Source: Octopus sinensis (lineage: Eukaryota). From it: 64,000 nt of DNA. The DNA lies in assembly GCF_006345805.1 (NCBI RefSeq), contig NC_043015.1, positions 9,176,001 to 9,240,000 of the forward strand, read 5' to 3'. The translations under genes and the position numbers were made by a program. Positions 14,868 to 27,789 of this stretch are shown one piece after another (the stretch's first letter is position 1; each line of letters begins with the position of its first letter). The notes below the pieces were generated by a model, which worked only from the letters and a program-made list of their open reading frames with translations, had not been told where the DNA came from and ran no database searches.

Positions 14868-15013
14868 AGGAAATGAAGAAAATGGTGACAAAATAATTTA
14901 AGTAAGGGAGAGTGTATTTAATTAATTAAATACACTCTGCCTTACTTAAATTATTTTGTCAGCATTTTCTTCAATTCCTTTTTTTATATATCACAACTCG
15001 TGTTCCACATCTC

Positions 15014-15101
<88 letters not shown>

Positions 15102-16339
15102 ATATATACATACATACATACATACATAAATGCATACAGAGGCAAACACACATCACACATATGCAATTTTCTCAACCAAAATATCTCTACTCGTGCTGAC
15201 ACGTTTTTCTAAATAATGAACAATGAATACGTGTTCCACTGAGCCTAACTGATAAATTATCAATGGCTTGAAAACAAAGCAAATGTTTGAACACTTCTGC
15301 AGACATGCAGCGAAAATTGGAGCTTTCTATAAAAACCCCGGTGACATACGAATTATGATGTATAAGTTTTCATATATAGGCATTGTGAGCAGAAATGCTG
15401 AGTAATTGTCTATGGAAACGATTCTCTCTACCAGGAACATACTGAAGATTACAGGGATGGACTATGTAACGCAGGATTCTACCTGCGGTTTTCTCATTGT
15501 CATATTCTGCATTATATCTCGAGTTAAGTCAACATGTTCACTTGTATAAATTATTTTACTTGGGAATATTCTCAGAGGCGAATTTCAAATCAATTTGTTA
15601 TTCGCATAACATCGATTAGCCTTATGTCATTCGGGGCGAGTTTCAATTTCAGATGGACACTTTATCGACCCACATTTTACTGCTAGCAACGATGAAAATT
15701 CGGTTTTATATATACACTATACTATCAAAATATTTGCGTTTTATAATACGTACATTGATCAAACATTTCGCTTCGTCATTCTTGCCTTGTTTGTTTAATT
15801 CGACATATCACGGAGTACTTGAGTGGTCATCACTGACGAATAAGAATCACAAAGAAACAGCGCTATCCCACGAACCGGTGATTAGGTTATAATTGAGTTT
15901 ACTACTTTCAGCACATGGAGTCATGGAACGAAGCTTTATGAAAAATGTTTTTAATAATAGCACCGTTCAAATTTAAAACCATACACCAAGGCATACACGT
16001 GCAGAGTTGCCACCCTCTACATGCGCAGCCACCCACGCACACACACAGATGTATACATATACGTGTTTTTATGTGCTTGCTTTTTTTCTGTTTTACACAC
16101 TATTAATTCCTCTTTCTTACTTCAGCTACTAGCCCTTATATTTCTTCCGAAGATTGGTGTCCTAAACGTAGAGATACATTAAAAACCATTAGAGCAATAA
16201 ACGAATAGTGAAAATATTAAGCATAATGAACATGTATTGGGACGGTTGCTCTCTGGACATGCCATCAGTTACACACAGCAACGAAATTTACTAGCCGACA
16301 AAACAAATTTATTACATGCACTCATAGAACATTTCGATG

Positions 16340-16650
16340 TCTATCTTCTACAAAGAGACCTAGATGCAATATATAAATGGTCAACCGAAAACAATGCAAT
16401 TTGATGTAGGAAAATGTCATGCCCCCACCACCACCACCATTACACCCCGCTTTCAGAAAACTACTGCCAACATTCTCCGACAAAGACACCTTAGGCCAAA
16501 AGAAGGGTAATCCAAGACTGAATTACCGTGGGATTTCTGTAGATTGATATGATTAAAAGCTCCAAGTCTCAGGTGCCAGTTACTAAGTTGGTGCCAATGT
16601 ACAGGAAAATGACCACATGGATTCTGAGACTTTTTAGAACAAGGGTGAGT
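16340..16650 (+). pseudogene. CR1/L2-type LINE reverse transcriptase C-terminal fragment
   Basis: Frameshifted translation LQRDLDAIYKWSTENN/MQFDVGKCH (16346-16420) and RKMTTWILRLFRTR (about 16603-16645), motifs typical of the CR1-group RT end. Confidence 0.7.
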
Positions 16651-16689
16651 GTCAAATTAATCGGGGGAATTGAGGCAGTTCCTTGATGC

Positions 16690-18900
16690 CTGTTGTGAAA
16701 GAGAGTCTGCATAGCCGATTTTTTTTGATGGAATGTATTGCATTTTGAAATTGTAATTCAATGATACACTCCAACGTTGCAGGCGGTTGGCAGTATTAGT
16801 CGGTAATCCTTTTTAGACCCATAAATTGACAGCAAAGATCTATGATCTGTTTGCAATAAGAACTTTTCTACCATGCAGAAACCTGTAAAATATTTTAGCT
16901 TCAAAATTAATTGGGAGAGGCACCCATTTTATTTAACTATATCTCTTATGTGCCACTATAAGAGAGTGTGAAACATGAGTCATTGGGTTAGTGCTTACGT
17001 CGTCATATTTATGAAGTACAAATGCTCATGATCCATGAATGAGACGTTACAATGATGCCTATTTCAGAATTGTAAAGTGCTAACGGCAAGTTTGAGATTG
17101 GATTTCTTTCATTCAAAAGAGTTCTGTCATTTAATAGCTAAATTCCACTTCACTCATTTTAAAATGTCTTTCAATGGGGCTCTTAATTTGCGCCTATAAG
17201 GAATGTAGTTTTGGTAGTATTTTGCCGGCCCAAGTAATGCTTGTAAAATTGGAATATTTGTCGGCGCAGGCATATTACTTATCGCGTCAGCTCCCGACGG
17301 CTCAGGGGGTTTACCACACAACGTAAAACCAATGAATTTTACTTTTCTTAAACACAGCCTTTATGTGTTGCACATATTGTTCGCGAGAATTACTGTTGAT
17401 CAAACTATCAGGCAAGTAGTGACTACAAATTTAAAATCAGATAAAATAGTATCCAGAAGTTGCTGGAATATTGCTGGTGTCACTTTTAATCTATAAGGTA
17501 ATCGGGTGTATTTGTACAATCCTTTATGTGTATTTATTGTCAACTTATTTTATCAGTAAATAGGCTTCAGGCAGATTCAATTTGGAAAGTCTTTCCACCA
17601 TTTAACTTACAAAAAAATGTCCTTTGCATTAGGCAGTGGACGATGCTGTGTTTTTAAGCAGTCGTACAATTCTGTAGATAAATCGGCACACAGCCTAATT
17701 TTATTATTTGTTACTTTTTTTAATACATACCATGGGTGCCGCCCATTCTGTGTAATACACCATTCTGACTGTCCAACTTTTCATTTTCGGTTTTATTTGC
17801 CGGGAACGGTAATTATGTTTGCTTTAAATACATTCACAGCATTTTAACTTACTTGAAAATAATCTTCCTTCTTTCTACATAGACGTATATTCTCAGTTAC
17901 TCTCTTGTAGGAACATGGTTTTCAATTTTTTTTCAGTTCTTTCGAAGCCTGGTTTCTGACGGGACAACCATTTACGTTATTGCAGTAATGATTTATGGAG
18001 AGGTGCCATAAATGGAATAGTTGTAGCCAATATGTGCCAAACAGATCGATTGTATTATTCACAATGAATAATTTCGTTTCCCGTGCCTCTCCTGTAATTG
18101 TGACGTCGGTACATGTTTTGAGCATAAAATGTAATTTATCACCCGTTACACCACGCGATGTTTTTCGTTTAATCTCGGTATTACCAATTTTTCTCTCCAA
18201 ATATTCGCATTTATAATACAGATGTCACGACTAGTATCTAACTAATTTGGCATAGACATAATTTATTTTTACGTGCAAGAATTTTCTTGCCATTCCGTTT
18301 ACAATCATTCTCCGTTGAAAACACCTTAGAACTTTCTGTTTGATCATCTTAGTCTTGTGCTTCAATGAAAACTCCAGTGTCCCAGATTCTGACAAATATA
18401 GCGCTTTCGTTTTTTTTTGGAATGGACAAGATTTTTGTAGTGTAAGACTCCACAACCATAACACCGATTCGGGCCTAACACATTTTTTATCGAGTTTCCC
18501 GGGACGACACATTTTTATTTTTGAAGTATCTGTATCTTGTATATATTTGACATCAGGTTTAAGATTTACCATAGTCTGACATTTTTCTGCGATGGTCAGT
18601 AGAGATAAATCCTGTTTCACTTGCTTCACTTTCGAGATAATCCATTCCAAAATGTCTCTATCTTCTGCTGCTATAAGTCGTTGCACAAAGGTAAGTGATT
18701 TGAACATACTCTGAGGGAGATCCCGGAGTTTGAAATGTTCGCACTTACGGTTGACTATTTTGGCGTAGGTGATAAAATCATTTTCCTCATTTTTTGTTAA
18801 GTTCTACTCCATTCGCGTGTTGAATAATGAATTTCTATCACAAACCAATTTACGTTAAGTAGTTGCATGGCTACTTGGAAACCGATGTCACTCGAAGTTG
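16690..18900 (-). mobile_element. Degenerate Ty3/Gypsy LTR retrotransposon gag-pol (gag, protease, RT, RNase H; no integrase)
   Basis: Gag KNEENDFITYAKIVNRKCEHFKLRDLPQSMFKSLTFVQ; protease LDTSRDICIINANIW (about 18240-18195) and RGVTGDKLHF...NTIDLFGTYW; RT PYRLKVTPAIFQQLLDTILSDF and MPAPTNIPILQALLGPAKYYQNYIP; RNase H LLQTDHRSLLSIYGSKK/LPTNTANRLQRWSVSLNYNFKMQYIPSKKIGYADSLS. Multiple frameshifts. Confidence 0.9.
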
Positions 18901-18992
18901 GACAAAACAAAGTTAAAGTAACACTCATGTCTTCAACAACTCCTCTTCCTAAGATTAGAGCTCCAAGGCGCTGTTGTCCTCGTACAACATAT

Positions 18993-19264
18993 TGTGTGAT
19001 CTGACATTCCTCGATGGCGAGGGACAGCTTAAACAGCTTGCCTTAAGGCAGTCACAGAAAACTGGCTGGCTGTTGAAAAGAACACTAAAGGAAAAGTAAC
19101 AGCAAATTAACAATATAAATTCAACTCACAATATCCGAGCAAAGAAACTGCTTCTGTAACTGAAAGACAAAGAGTAGTAACTCCCTCACTTACTCAAACC
19201 GCTATTATTTATAGGGAGTGTACCAGTCCATTCTCGCCAGGGGGCGTCGTACTGTCGCACAACA
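18993..19264 (-). mobile_element. Probable 5' LTR of the Gypsy element
   Basis: Minus strand starts TGTTGTG and ends CACACA, contains a TATAAATA box (about 19206-19213), and is followed by a degenerate PBS-like TGTTGTACGAGGA (18977-18989) upstream of gag. No partner LTR to confirm it. Confidence 0.45.
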
Positions 19265-19689
19265 CACATGCACACACACAAACACACGCACACACACACA
19301 TACATATATATATATATAATATATTTGATGGAACGGTTATCTCCACATGCTGAGTTGTAATGCAAAAATATATAATAATTTTAATATATTTTACATTGAA
19401 GAGTATTGTGATAGTCGACTGATTTCTCGTTTCACTAATCAGGGCATTGAAATTATTGCATTTTCTTATTTTTTAAGAAGGCTTTACTCCATGTTCTTGT
19501 ATTTAAAATTTGTAAATGAATCAGCATGTGCAAAAATTCTAAGAGGATGTAATTGGTGATTGTTATTATTCAGCACAGGGGAGGTATTTGCACATTTTGT
19601 GGGTAGGGATAACTTTGTGTAAACTCTTTAGACGAAGTAGTGAGATATAAAATGGATATGTGATCGTGAATTAAGATATTTACTATATT

Positions 19690-20420
19690 TTCGATATATA
19701 TACTTTCTTTATTTAACCGTCCTTCTGGATAAATTGTTTCCTTGCTCTCGTAGATGGGGAAAACCGTGAAGTTTGAAGATTCCCTGCACATCTCTCTCTG
19801 TATGTGTTCACACAAAGGTACCTGTCTAAATCTTGGGAAACGGATCTATTCCCTATGCCTTGTAGTTATGCTTCTAAGTGACATACGTGGTTCGCCCATA
19901 TAATTGCCTATATAAAAAAAAAAAACGTTTAAATTCCTGAATTTAAAGTTATAACAAACTTTAAATTCCCGGACGCACAAGTGAAGATTGTCATAACTGT
20001 GAATCTCTCTCCTGGTTTGAAGTGAAATTCTGAATATACCAGTAGGTTGGGCCATGTTCCATTATTTAATCGTTGGTTTCGTTGTTGTGCATAGCTTTGC
20101 ATTTTTCAGTATTATTTTAAGTGATCTGGTTTGCTTTGTACATTTATGAATTGCGAGTTCTAAGAATGTAGCTCACCTTTGGATCTCTAGTGAGCATTGG
20201 TAGATTTTTGTTCAATAGTTATGTGCTGTATGCCTCATTGATTGTAATGATGTGAGTCGATATATGTGGTATTATTTTGAGATGAGGTCAGATGTTTATT
20301 TTTGTTTCCATTAGTGTTTTAAAGCCTATATATGGCCCATTTAATTTCATCATCTATAATTGACGGTCAGTAATGCCTCTCGACTAATTTTGTTCTGGGC
20401 TCTAGTAGACAGGGGTCCCG
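19690..20420 (-). pseudogene. Penelope-like element ORF remnant (RT thumb, linker, GIY-YIG endonuclease)
   Basis: SIIDDEIKWA (about 20360), KQTRSLKIILKNAK linker, YMGEPRMSLRSITTRHRE (19902-19850, YIG-type motif), CEHIQREMCRESSNFTVFPIYE...RLNKESIYI. Stops and frameshifts present. Confidence 0.8.
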
Positions 20421-20802
20421 AGTATTTGCATCGGGCATTATATAGTCTTCACTAAATATACAGAAATTTGAATATGATCGCGTATGTAGCATCAATCAAT
20501 TAACACGATGCGAAGCTATAACAGTAAGAATGAAGATTTTTTTCTTAGTATTTCCTAAACAGGCTTACGTTTACATCTCTGAATATTTTAGCAGGTGTTA
20601 CTACGCAGAGACATCGTGATAAATATGTAAGTTTACACAAAAGCAATGCAAACATCAATACACTAATAAAAGAATAAATGCATTTTAAATTATCGAAAAA
20701 TAACAATGGCGAAACTGTTTCGCCATGGGCTCTTAGGAGCACAGTTCGATTTGTTTTTTGCTCTGCCTCTGTTCTGTTTTTGTTTTTCCAACGGATTTCC
20801 TT

Positions 20803-20892
20803 TTTTCTTCCTGACGAGAAAGACACAATATGGTCCCATTATTCAATCGGATTTTGGTAATTTGTGCCTTTCGAAACACGTGTAGAATGAAA
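20803..20892 (+). ncRNA. Minimal type I hammerhead ribozyme, intact core
   Basis: CTGACGA 20811-20817; stem II GAAAGACACAA/TTGTGCCTTTC (11 positions, one A.C mismatch); GAAA 20873-20876; palindromic stem III ACACGTGT; GTA triplet 20882-20884; stem I TTC/GAA with an imperfect extension; AATAAA at 20891-20896. Confidence 0.8.
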
Positions 20893-21100
20893 TAAAACGA
20901 TTTCTGTTCAATCTGCGTTCAGCTCCATTTCTTCAATTCACCAATAATGTTTTAATTTCAATTATCCGCACCAACGCACGGTTGCAACGCCAGATGGTTG
21001 TACCTCCAACCGTGCTGTTCACTGCTGTGATTTTTGCTACTAAGGTATCGGTTAAACTTTTGATTAATCTACTACAAGATTATTCATCTTTCTATTTCAC

Positions 21101-21139
<39 letters not shown>

Positions 21140-21394
21140 GTGGTATGTTGTCAGCTTAATGAGAAAGTCCCATGAAAGTGAAGAATACTCCTGCTATTTA
21201 GCCCTGGGAGGCACCGTTTCCTGTCGTCCTAGATACATTTCCTACGCCATTATGTTTAAAAAGGAGGAGATAAGTACCTCCACCCACCAAAGATGGTATC
21301 AGTCTAGAGTTGCGTGACTTGTTCGATGTCGATGTATCTCTACCTCTGTAAATATAATAATTCAAGAGAAATGCATTCACTGATTATAGAGCTA

Positions 21395-21430
<36 letters not shown>

Positions 21431-21535
21431 CGTAGTAACAGAAAAGAGGAATGTCGTTTGTCCCCACGTGGTGGATTGTAGTGCATATAACAAATTAAAA
21501 GAGGAAAATACGCACACTTACATGGTTTTAATATA

Positions 21536-21568
<33 letters not shown>

Positions 21569-22069
21569 CTCTGAGTATAGTTAAGATATAACCAGTTTCA
21601 GAGTTTAGAACGATATTCAGATTTATGTTACGCAGAAATATCACTCGAATGGATATATAGTTTTAATATAAAATATGATTTTGAATGATATGATTAAATG
21701 AATTTCTCTGGAAACTATAACATTTATTTCAGAAGAATGATTCGTTTCTCTGTCAAATATTCCGACGAGGCAAAGTAAAAATATATTTATTGTATTTTGT
21801 AGTTACCATAGAAAAAAATAAGGAGAATTCCTATATATTTAAACATGCTTGGAAGCAGGTTACATTATTTTGTGATATATGTTATAGGTTAACATATCTA
21901 TATGTTATAGATAGTATCTCGAGTTACAGAATTTCAGGTCTACCGCCTTTAAGAAGAATCAAATGGTAATCGCTTAATATATGGATGTATTTATGTATGT
22001 GAGTGTCTATGTATATGTGTATCTGTCCGTATAAGTGTGATTCTTCTGGAGACCAATACCTAGCTCTCA

Positions 22070-22300
<231 letters not shown>

Positions 22301-23247
22301 GTGATGATGACGCGAACACATGCATATGCATACTCAGATATAAAGATATGTGTATATACAAATATGTGTGTCATTCTCAGTTTGTGTGTGTTTGTGTGAG
22401 TGTGTGAATGTGTGTGTTTGTATGGCTTCACTCTACGTAGAAACATAGTTATTCGAAAATACATTATTTTTCGACTTACACAGAAAACTGAATTATAATT
22501 GAAGCGTATTATACATTGTTTGGAACATTACGGTCTTAACTACATCTTCTTTACTGCGTTAAGTTCAATACTAAGTTTCAGCATACCATGACATGTTGTC
22601 TATATACACCATTCGTTTTAAGAAAATTTGAATTAGTATTAGATGCATATATAATCTGCTGATTGTGTTAGTGACTTCGTCTGATATACTTAGTATCCTA
22701 TTCCGCTAATGTTATAGCTACTAACATAAAGGGGATACATTTAGAACACAAAACCTGTGCATTATTGCTTATTAATAAAGAATATACGTTAAAATATTTC
22801 ATCCGAAAACTCGGAGCATAGATGTAAGGAAATAGATTGTAAGGATATAGATAATCTACTTTCTGAAACAGATTATAATATCTGGATTAGAAATACTGGG
22901 CATCTTAAATGCGACACATGTCAGAAAATGCGCTAGCAGACATTTAACGATGTAATTGTATAGGCAAATATATAAGTGGAGGAAAATTCTATGATGAAGC
23001 TTCATCAGAAAATATCTAATATGAAGCGTTCTCTCTCCTCTCTCGGTTTCTGTTCTGTTTGTCAGTGTATACACACACAAAAGTAAATAGATACGAATAT
23101 ATATGTGTGTGTGTGTGTGTGTGTGTATGTGTGTGTGTGTGTGTGTGTACAAAATAATAAAAGGGAAAAATAGAATTCAAACAGGCATATTTAAATTTAT
23201 TATCATAAAATTAAAAATCCCTCCAATCTTTTCGATTCAAATTCAAA

Positions 23248-23293
23248 ACCAATCATATTTTGGAAATATCTTGACTAAAACCCTCATCAGGGT
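23248..23293 (-). ncRNA. Degenerate hammerhead motif in a Penelope-like terminal repeat
   Basis: Minus strand ACC-CTGATGA-GGG...CC-AAAA-TATG-ATT-GGT. GAAA is replaced by AAAA, consistent with CpG decay; 3-bp stem I ACC/GGT. Confidence 0.45.
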
Positions 23294-23572
23294 ATATGAG
23301 TACAAGTTACAATTTCAGATACTTAAATATAATGAATCTATCAATATATGATTTTTGTGTAGGTTTGAGCATCCATAACTTTAAAAATATAAATAAAATA
23401 AATAAAAACTAATATAATGGTTATAAATATGTATATCAAATATACTGTCTTTATTATTTTGCACTTAGTATATATATATATATATATATATAATAAAATA
23501 TTAGGGAATAAATCCAAACTTACAGGGAACAATCAGATTTAGGATTGAATCCAATTTTATAGTAAAATATTA

Positions 23573-23843
23573 TATTATATTAACTTAGAGATAAAACCAC
23601 TATTAGGCAAATCATACAATGAAAAACTTAAGCCAATACATAAGACTAATTAATTTATGTTATTTTAAATATATATCAAATGAAATGATCGTAGTGTTAT
23701 ACTAATTATCTTTTTTTAATAAATCTTTAAATAATTTTGATATATATTTAAAATAATATAAATCAATTAATCTTATGTATTGGCTTAAGTTTTTCATTGT
23801 ATGATTTACCTAATAGTAGTTTTATCTCTAATTTAATATAATA
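23573..23843. repeat. Near-perfect inverted repeat (about 105-bp arms, 55-nt loop)
   Basis: 23580-23680 pairs with 23736-23836 without indels; I count 6 mismatches. Confidence 0.9.
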
Positions 23844-23857
23844 ATATATATATATAT

Positions 23858-23895
<38 letters not shown>

Positions 23896-24016
23896 AGTTG
23901 TATTCAAAAGAGTATTTTCTGCTCTATTGGGTATTAAACCAGTTAACGCAATGAAGCTTAGATGTCTGTATAAGAGGAGCTTGTTACCTGTTATTGGATT
24001 ATGTAAATATATACTT

Positions 24017-24080
<64 letters not shown>

Positions 24081-24307
24081 GCATAAATTATATATAATCA
24101 AAAATATGCGCGATAAAGATCATATCTTCAATTTCAGACATGCTTCAATTACATTAACACATATATATATACATTTATATCCTTACACACAAACACACGA
24201 ATGCACACAACGCACACAAACACATATATACGTTTCATTAAATTTAATATCGTGTACAAAAAATCAGTTAATACAATATTTCAAGGTATTGTTGAAATTG
24301 TGTATAT

Positions 24308-24368
<61 letters not shown>

Positions 24369-24389
24369 CATATATATATATACGTATGT

Positions 24390-24650
24390 CGGTGTGTGTG
24401 TGTTTGTATCGGTGCGAGGACAAGGGTTGCACTTGATTCGATCAACAGAGCAGCCTGCTTTTGAAATTAACGTGTAAAATTGCTGAGCACTCCACTCATG
24501 TGTCTTTTATGTATTTCTCAGGGAGATTCAGCGTGACACAGAGTGTGACAGAGCTGACCCTTTGAAACACTCACAATACTCCTCTAGGAATCGAAATCGC
24601 GATTCTAAGATCCGCTGCCCTAAGCACTGGACCATTGCGCCTCTACTATA
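24390..24650 (-). mobile_element. tRNA-derived SINE family C
   Basis: Shares the GATC...AACAGAGCAGCCTGCTTTTGAAATTAACGTG and ACAGAGTGTGACA blocks with 47725-47975; tRNA-like head at 24575-24650 on the minus strand. Confidence 0.7.
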
Positions 24651-25296
24651 TATACACTCACACACAGGATATGCTTGTGATATATGAAGTAAATATGTAA
24701 TCTTTCAAAATTTTGTTTCATTACTGCAAATTACACGAGAAAATACATTCCATGTGAGTTATATTACAAATACGTTATGCATTTGTAATATATTTTCTCC
24801 GAACAGAATTACAATTGATATGACGCACTAGTTACTCTGCTGAAGTGCAATTTTAAAAGTGCGTTTCACATATAGTAATAGAGGTATCATTGGTGTTTTC
24901 GTTGATAGAACAGTTCTCTACGAATTTGTACTGGCCCCACCAGTTGATATCAACAGAAATATGAGAGACATAATTTAATGCGTTGTGTAAATCACAACTC
25001 TTTACAGTTCTTTTGCGTGGGAACTAGGACAATATCTTCACTTTTTATCTAGCAAAGCGTTATGAGTGAAACTTGGCAGAAGAAGTTCGTCAAATACAAT
25101 TCGTCTGTACTCTGAATATTCGTCGCATCAGTGCTTACGCTTGCAAATACAGTCAGTTGCAAACCTGTTCATATCTACTCTTACAAACACCAAGTTAGAC
25201 ATACCCAATTCGCATAACATCGTACTATATCATCGATTATAAATTGTATATAAATCAAAGTATGTTTGGAAATGCATGGAATTCAATATTTATGTA

Positions 25297-25337
<41 letters not shown>

Positions 25338-25422
25338 GCACACGCACACATATGGATATTGTAAAATTCGACGCTGCCTTACAAAATCATCGTAAACACA
25401 GGCACACACATATATACATGTA

Positions 25423-25466
<44 letters not shown>

Positions 25467-27256
25467 GTATATATATATATGCATATAGTTTGTGTGCCTG
25501 AGTTTGTGTATTGATATGTATGCTTGTATGTATATATAGAGAGAGAATCAGAGGAAGGGAAATAGATTGATAGATAGATAAGTACCCACACAGTCTCTCG
25601 TTCTCACACAACCACATACACACACATATACATATACAAACTTATAAAATACTTACAAACACATAAATTCTATGACACAAATAATTGTTCCCTCAAGAAC
25701 ATGCCTTTACAATATTTCATATTATATGCAGACCCATAAAACCATAATTTTAAGGAATGTTAATAGAGATTAACCTTCATTATTTCTCATTTTATGCGTC
25801 ATATATATCCTGATTTTAAACGCATCATTTTTTTCAAAATTATTTGGTAAATAAACGGCTAATGTCCTATCATTACTACCTCGTCAGCGCAACAAGAATG
25901 CCACTGAAAACATTTTCCTCGAATAAGTGATATATTTATCGACATCATACATTACGTGTTACCAATATTGATGTTTCTGTGGAGAATAAATATTGTACAT
26001 GGAAAATATTTACCGGATAATACTTTTCATGTGATCTAATTTGTATCAGTATTTTATTTTTAAACATGAAACTAAAAATTATATATTACATACCTAATTA
26101 CATATCTGCAAATAATTTGAATATTTATTTTCTATTCTATGGGTTGCGCATTATTTATATTCAGAATACGCACAGGGGTGGCTGAATGATAAGAATGTAC
26201 TCAAGTATGTTTGCAGCCTAACTAGAACTTGATAAGGATAAGGATATACGAAACGAATGTACGGTTTCCCAACTCTTGAAGCTAGATTTTTTTCGTGAGC
26301 CTATATGACCCTCTAATAATTCCTCGAGCTCATAAATATGTGACTCTAAAATATGCGTCATGTTCAGTTTGATGTGGTATCTACATATTCGTATCATACT
26401 TATGACGTAAAAAATTAGGAAATTATGACGGGTGTTTGGAATTTATATTGGGAATGCAACAATTGCCACCCATCAAAATATATTTCATTTAATACTTAAA
26501 GATACAGAAACCAAATGCAAATGTCATTGATGTAAATCTTCGCTGTCGTGTTCTAATTCTGGGATATACTACACGTTGCCTACAGGACTGGCGAAAAATG
26601 CCATATACCAAACCACGGCTTAGGGAGATTTTTACATCATGTAAACAAGTGTACCGAAACACGAAAATCTTTTTCCAATATCTCCATATATTTATATATA
26701 CAGTATTGCAGTACATTGATGCAGATATTTGAGTAAATGATGACCAAACATCCTGTGAAGCAACAACTCTTGTTCTTTTTTAAAAATATTCAAAACGTCT
26801 GAATGTCCTGCTAAATAAAGTTAATTTAGAAAATAACAGTATTTCTCTCGTATATTTTTTTTCATTTGTTCAGTATGTTTCTCCCAGAATAAACACATCA
26901 TATTATTGTACATATATTTCATTATTATCTGTGTGTTATAATAAGGTTTTCATTTTTACAAAGAAGATTTTTCCGTGTAATTTAAGATCAAAACTGAATC
27001 ATTCTTCAGCGGGTTTCATAGGTTACAGAAAAAGTCAAAATCAAAGTCAATATATTGAACGTGTTTTTGCATATTGTGACAGTGATTGATGATATTTAGT
27101 ACTAACACATTATTTACATTTACAAATAATGGCTGGAATCTTCATTTCCATAACATTATGATTGTGAAGCGTTTAAAAGGAATAAGAAAGTCATTTTTCT
27201 TTTGGAGGGTCTTTATAGTTTCTCGCTGGCAAACATAATATATATATATATAATTG

Positions 27257-27309
<53 letters not shown>

Positions 27310-27355
27310 TTATATATATATTGTTTAAACAGTTATCAAATATTCAGACAAAATT

Positions 27356-27789
27356 TCAAGTCATATACAATATAATTACAGGAAACTTACAGCTGTTTCT
27401 AAGATATGCTCGTGTATGAGATATTCCAACACCATATATTCGCATCTTGTTCTTGGGATGTCTACTCTATAAGGACTTTAAACCCATGCATATACGCAGG
27501 ATTGCACCTAAAGACTTACACTCATGAATCTACGCAGGATCGCACCTAATGTCTCATGCTTTGGTTTGAACTATGAACTTTCATGCCTCTTTATTCTCCT
27601 CTGTTTCCATCTCCTTACTATTTTACTCCTTTCCTCTATGTTATTATCTTATTGATATATACCATTCTCATTGTCCATAATCTTAACTCAATGTATCTCT
27701 GATGACAGGATATTCCATTCTCGCCGATATCCCAGAAAGAACTGTAATACTTCGAATATCTTCCTGTAATAATATTGTATATGACTTGA
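27356..27789 (+). mobile_element. Penelope-type terminal repeat with inverted partial copy and decayed hammerhead
   Basis: 27356-27400 is an inverted copy of about 27733-27789. Plus strand has CTGATGA (27699-27705), stem GGATAT/ATATCC and GAAAGAACTGTA; the inverted copy keeps GAAACAGCTGTA (27388-27399, minus). Confidence 0.6.

Noticed and set aside
20706-20726. Perfect palindrome ATGGCGAAAC-T-GTTTCGCCAT, resembling a minus-strand hammerhead
   Set aside because: The core reads CCTAAGA, there is no stem I, and the arms do not extend beyond 10 bp.
23896-24003. Open frame PVVFKRVFSALLGIKPVNAMKLRCLYKRSLL between TA tracts
   Set aside because: Short, weak splice signals, no recognisable homology.
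25845-25895. Minus-strand CTGACGA followed by a plausible stem II
   Set aside because: Followed by GTTT rather than GAAA; no stem III or stem I.
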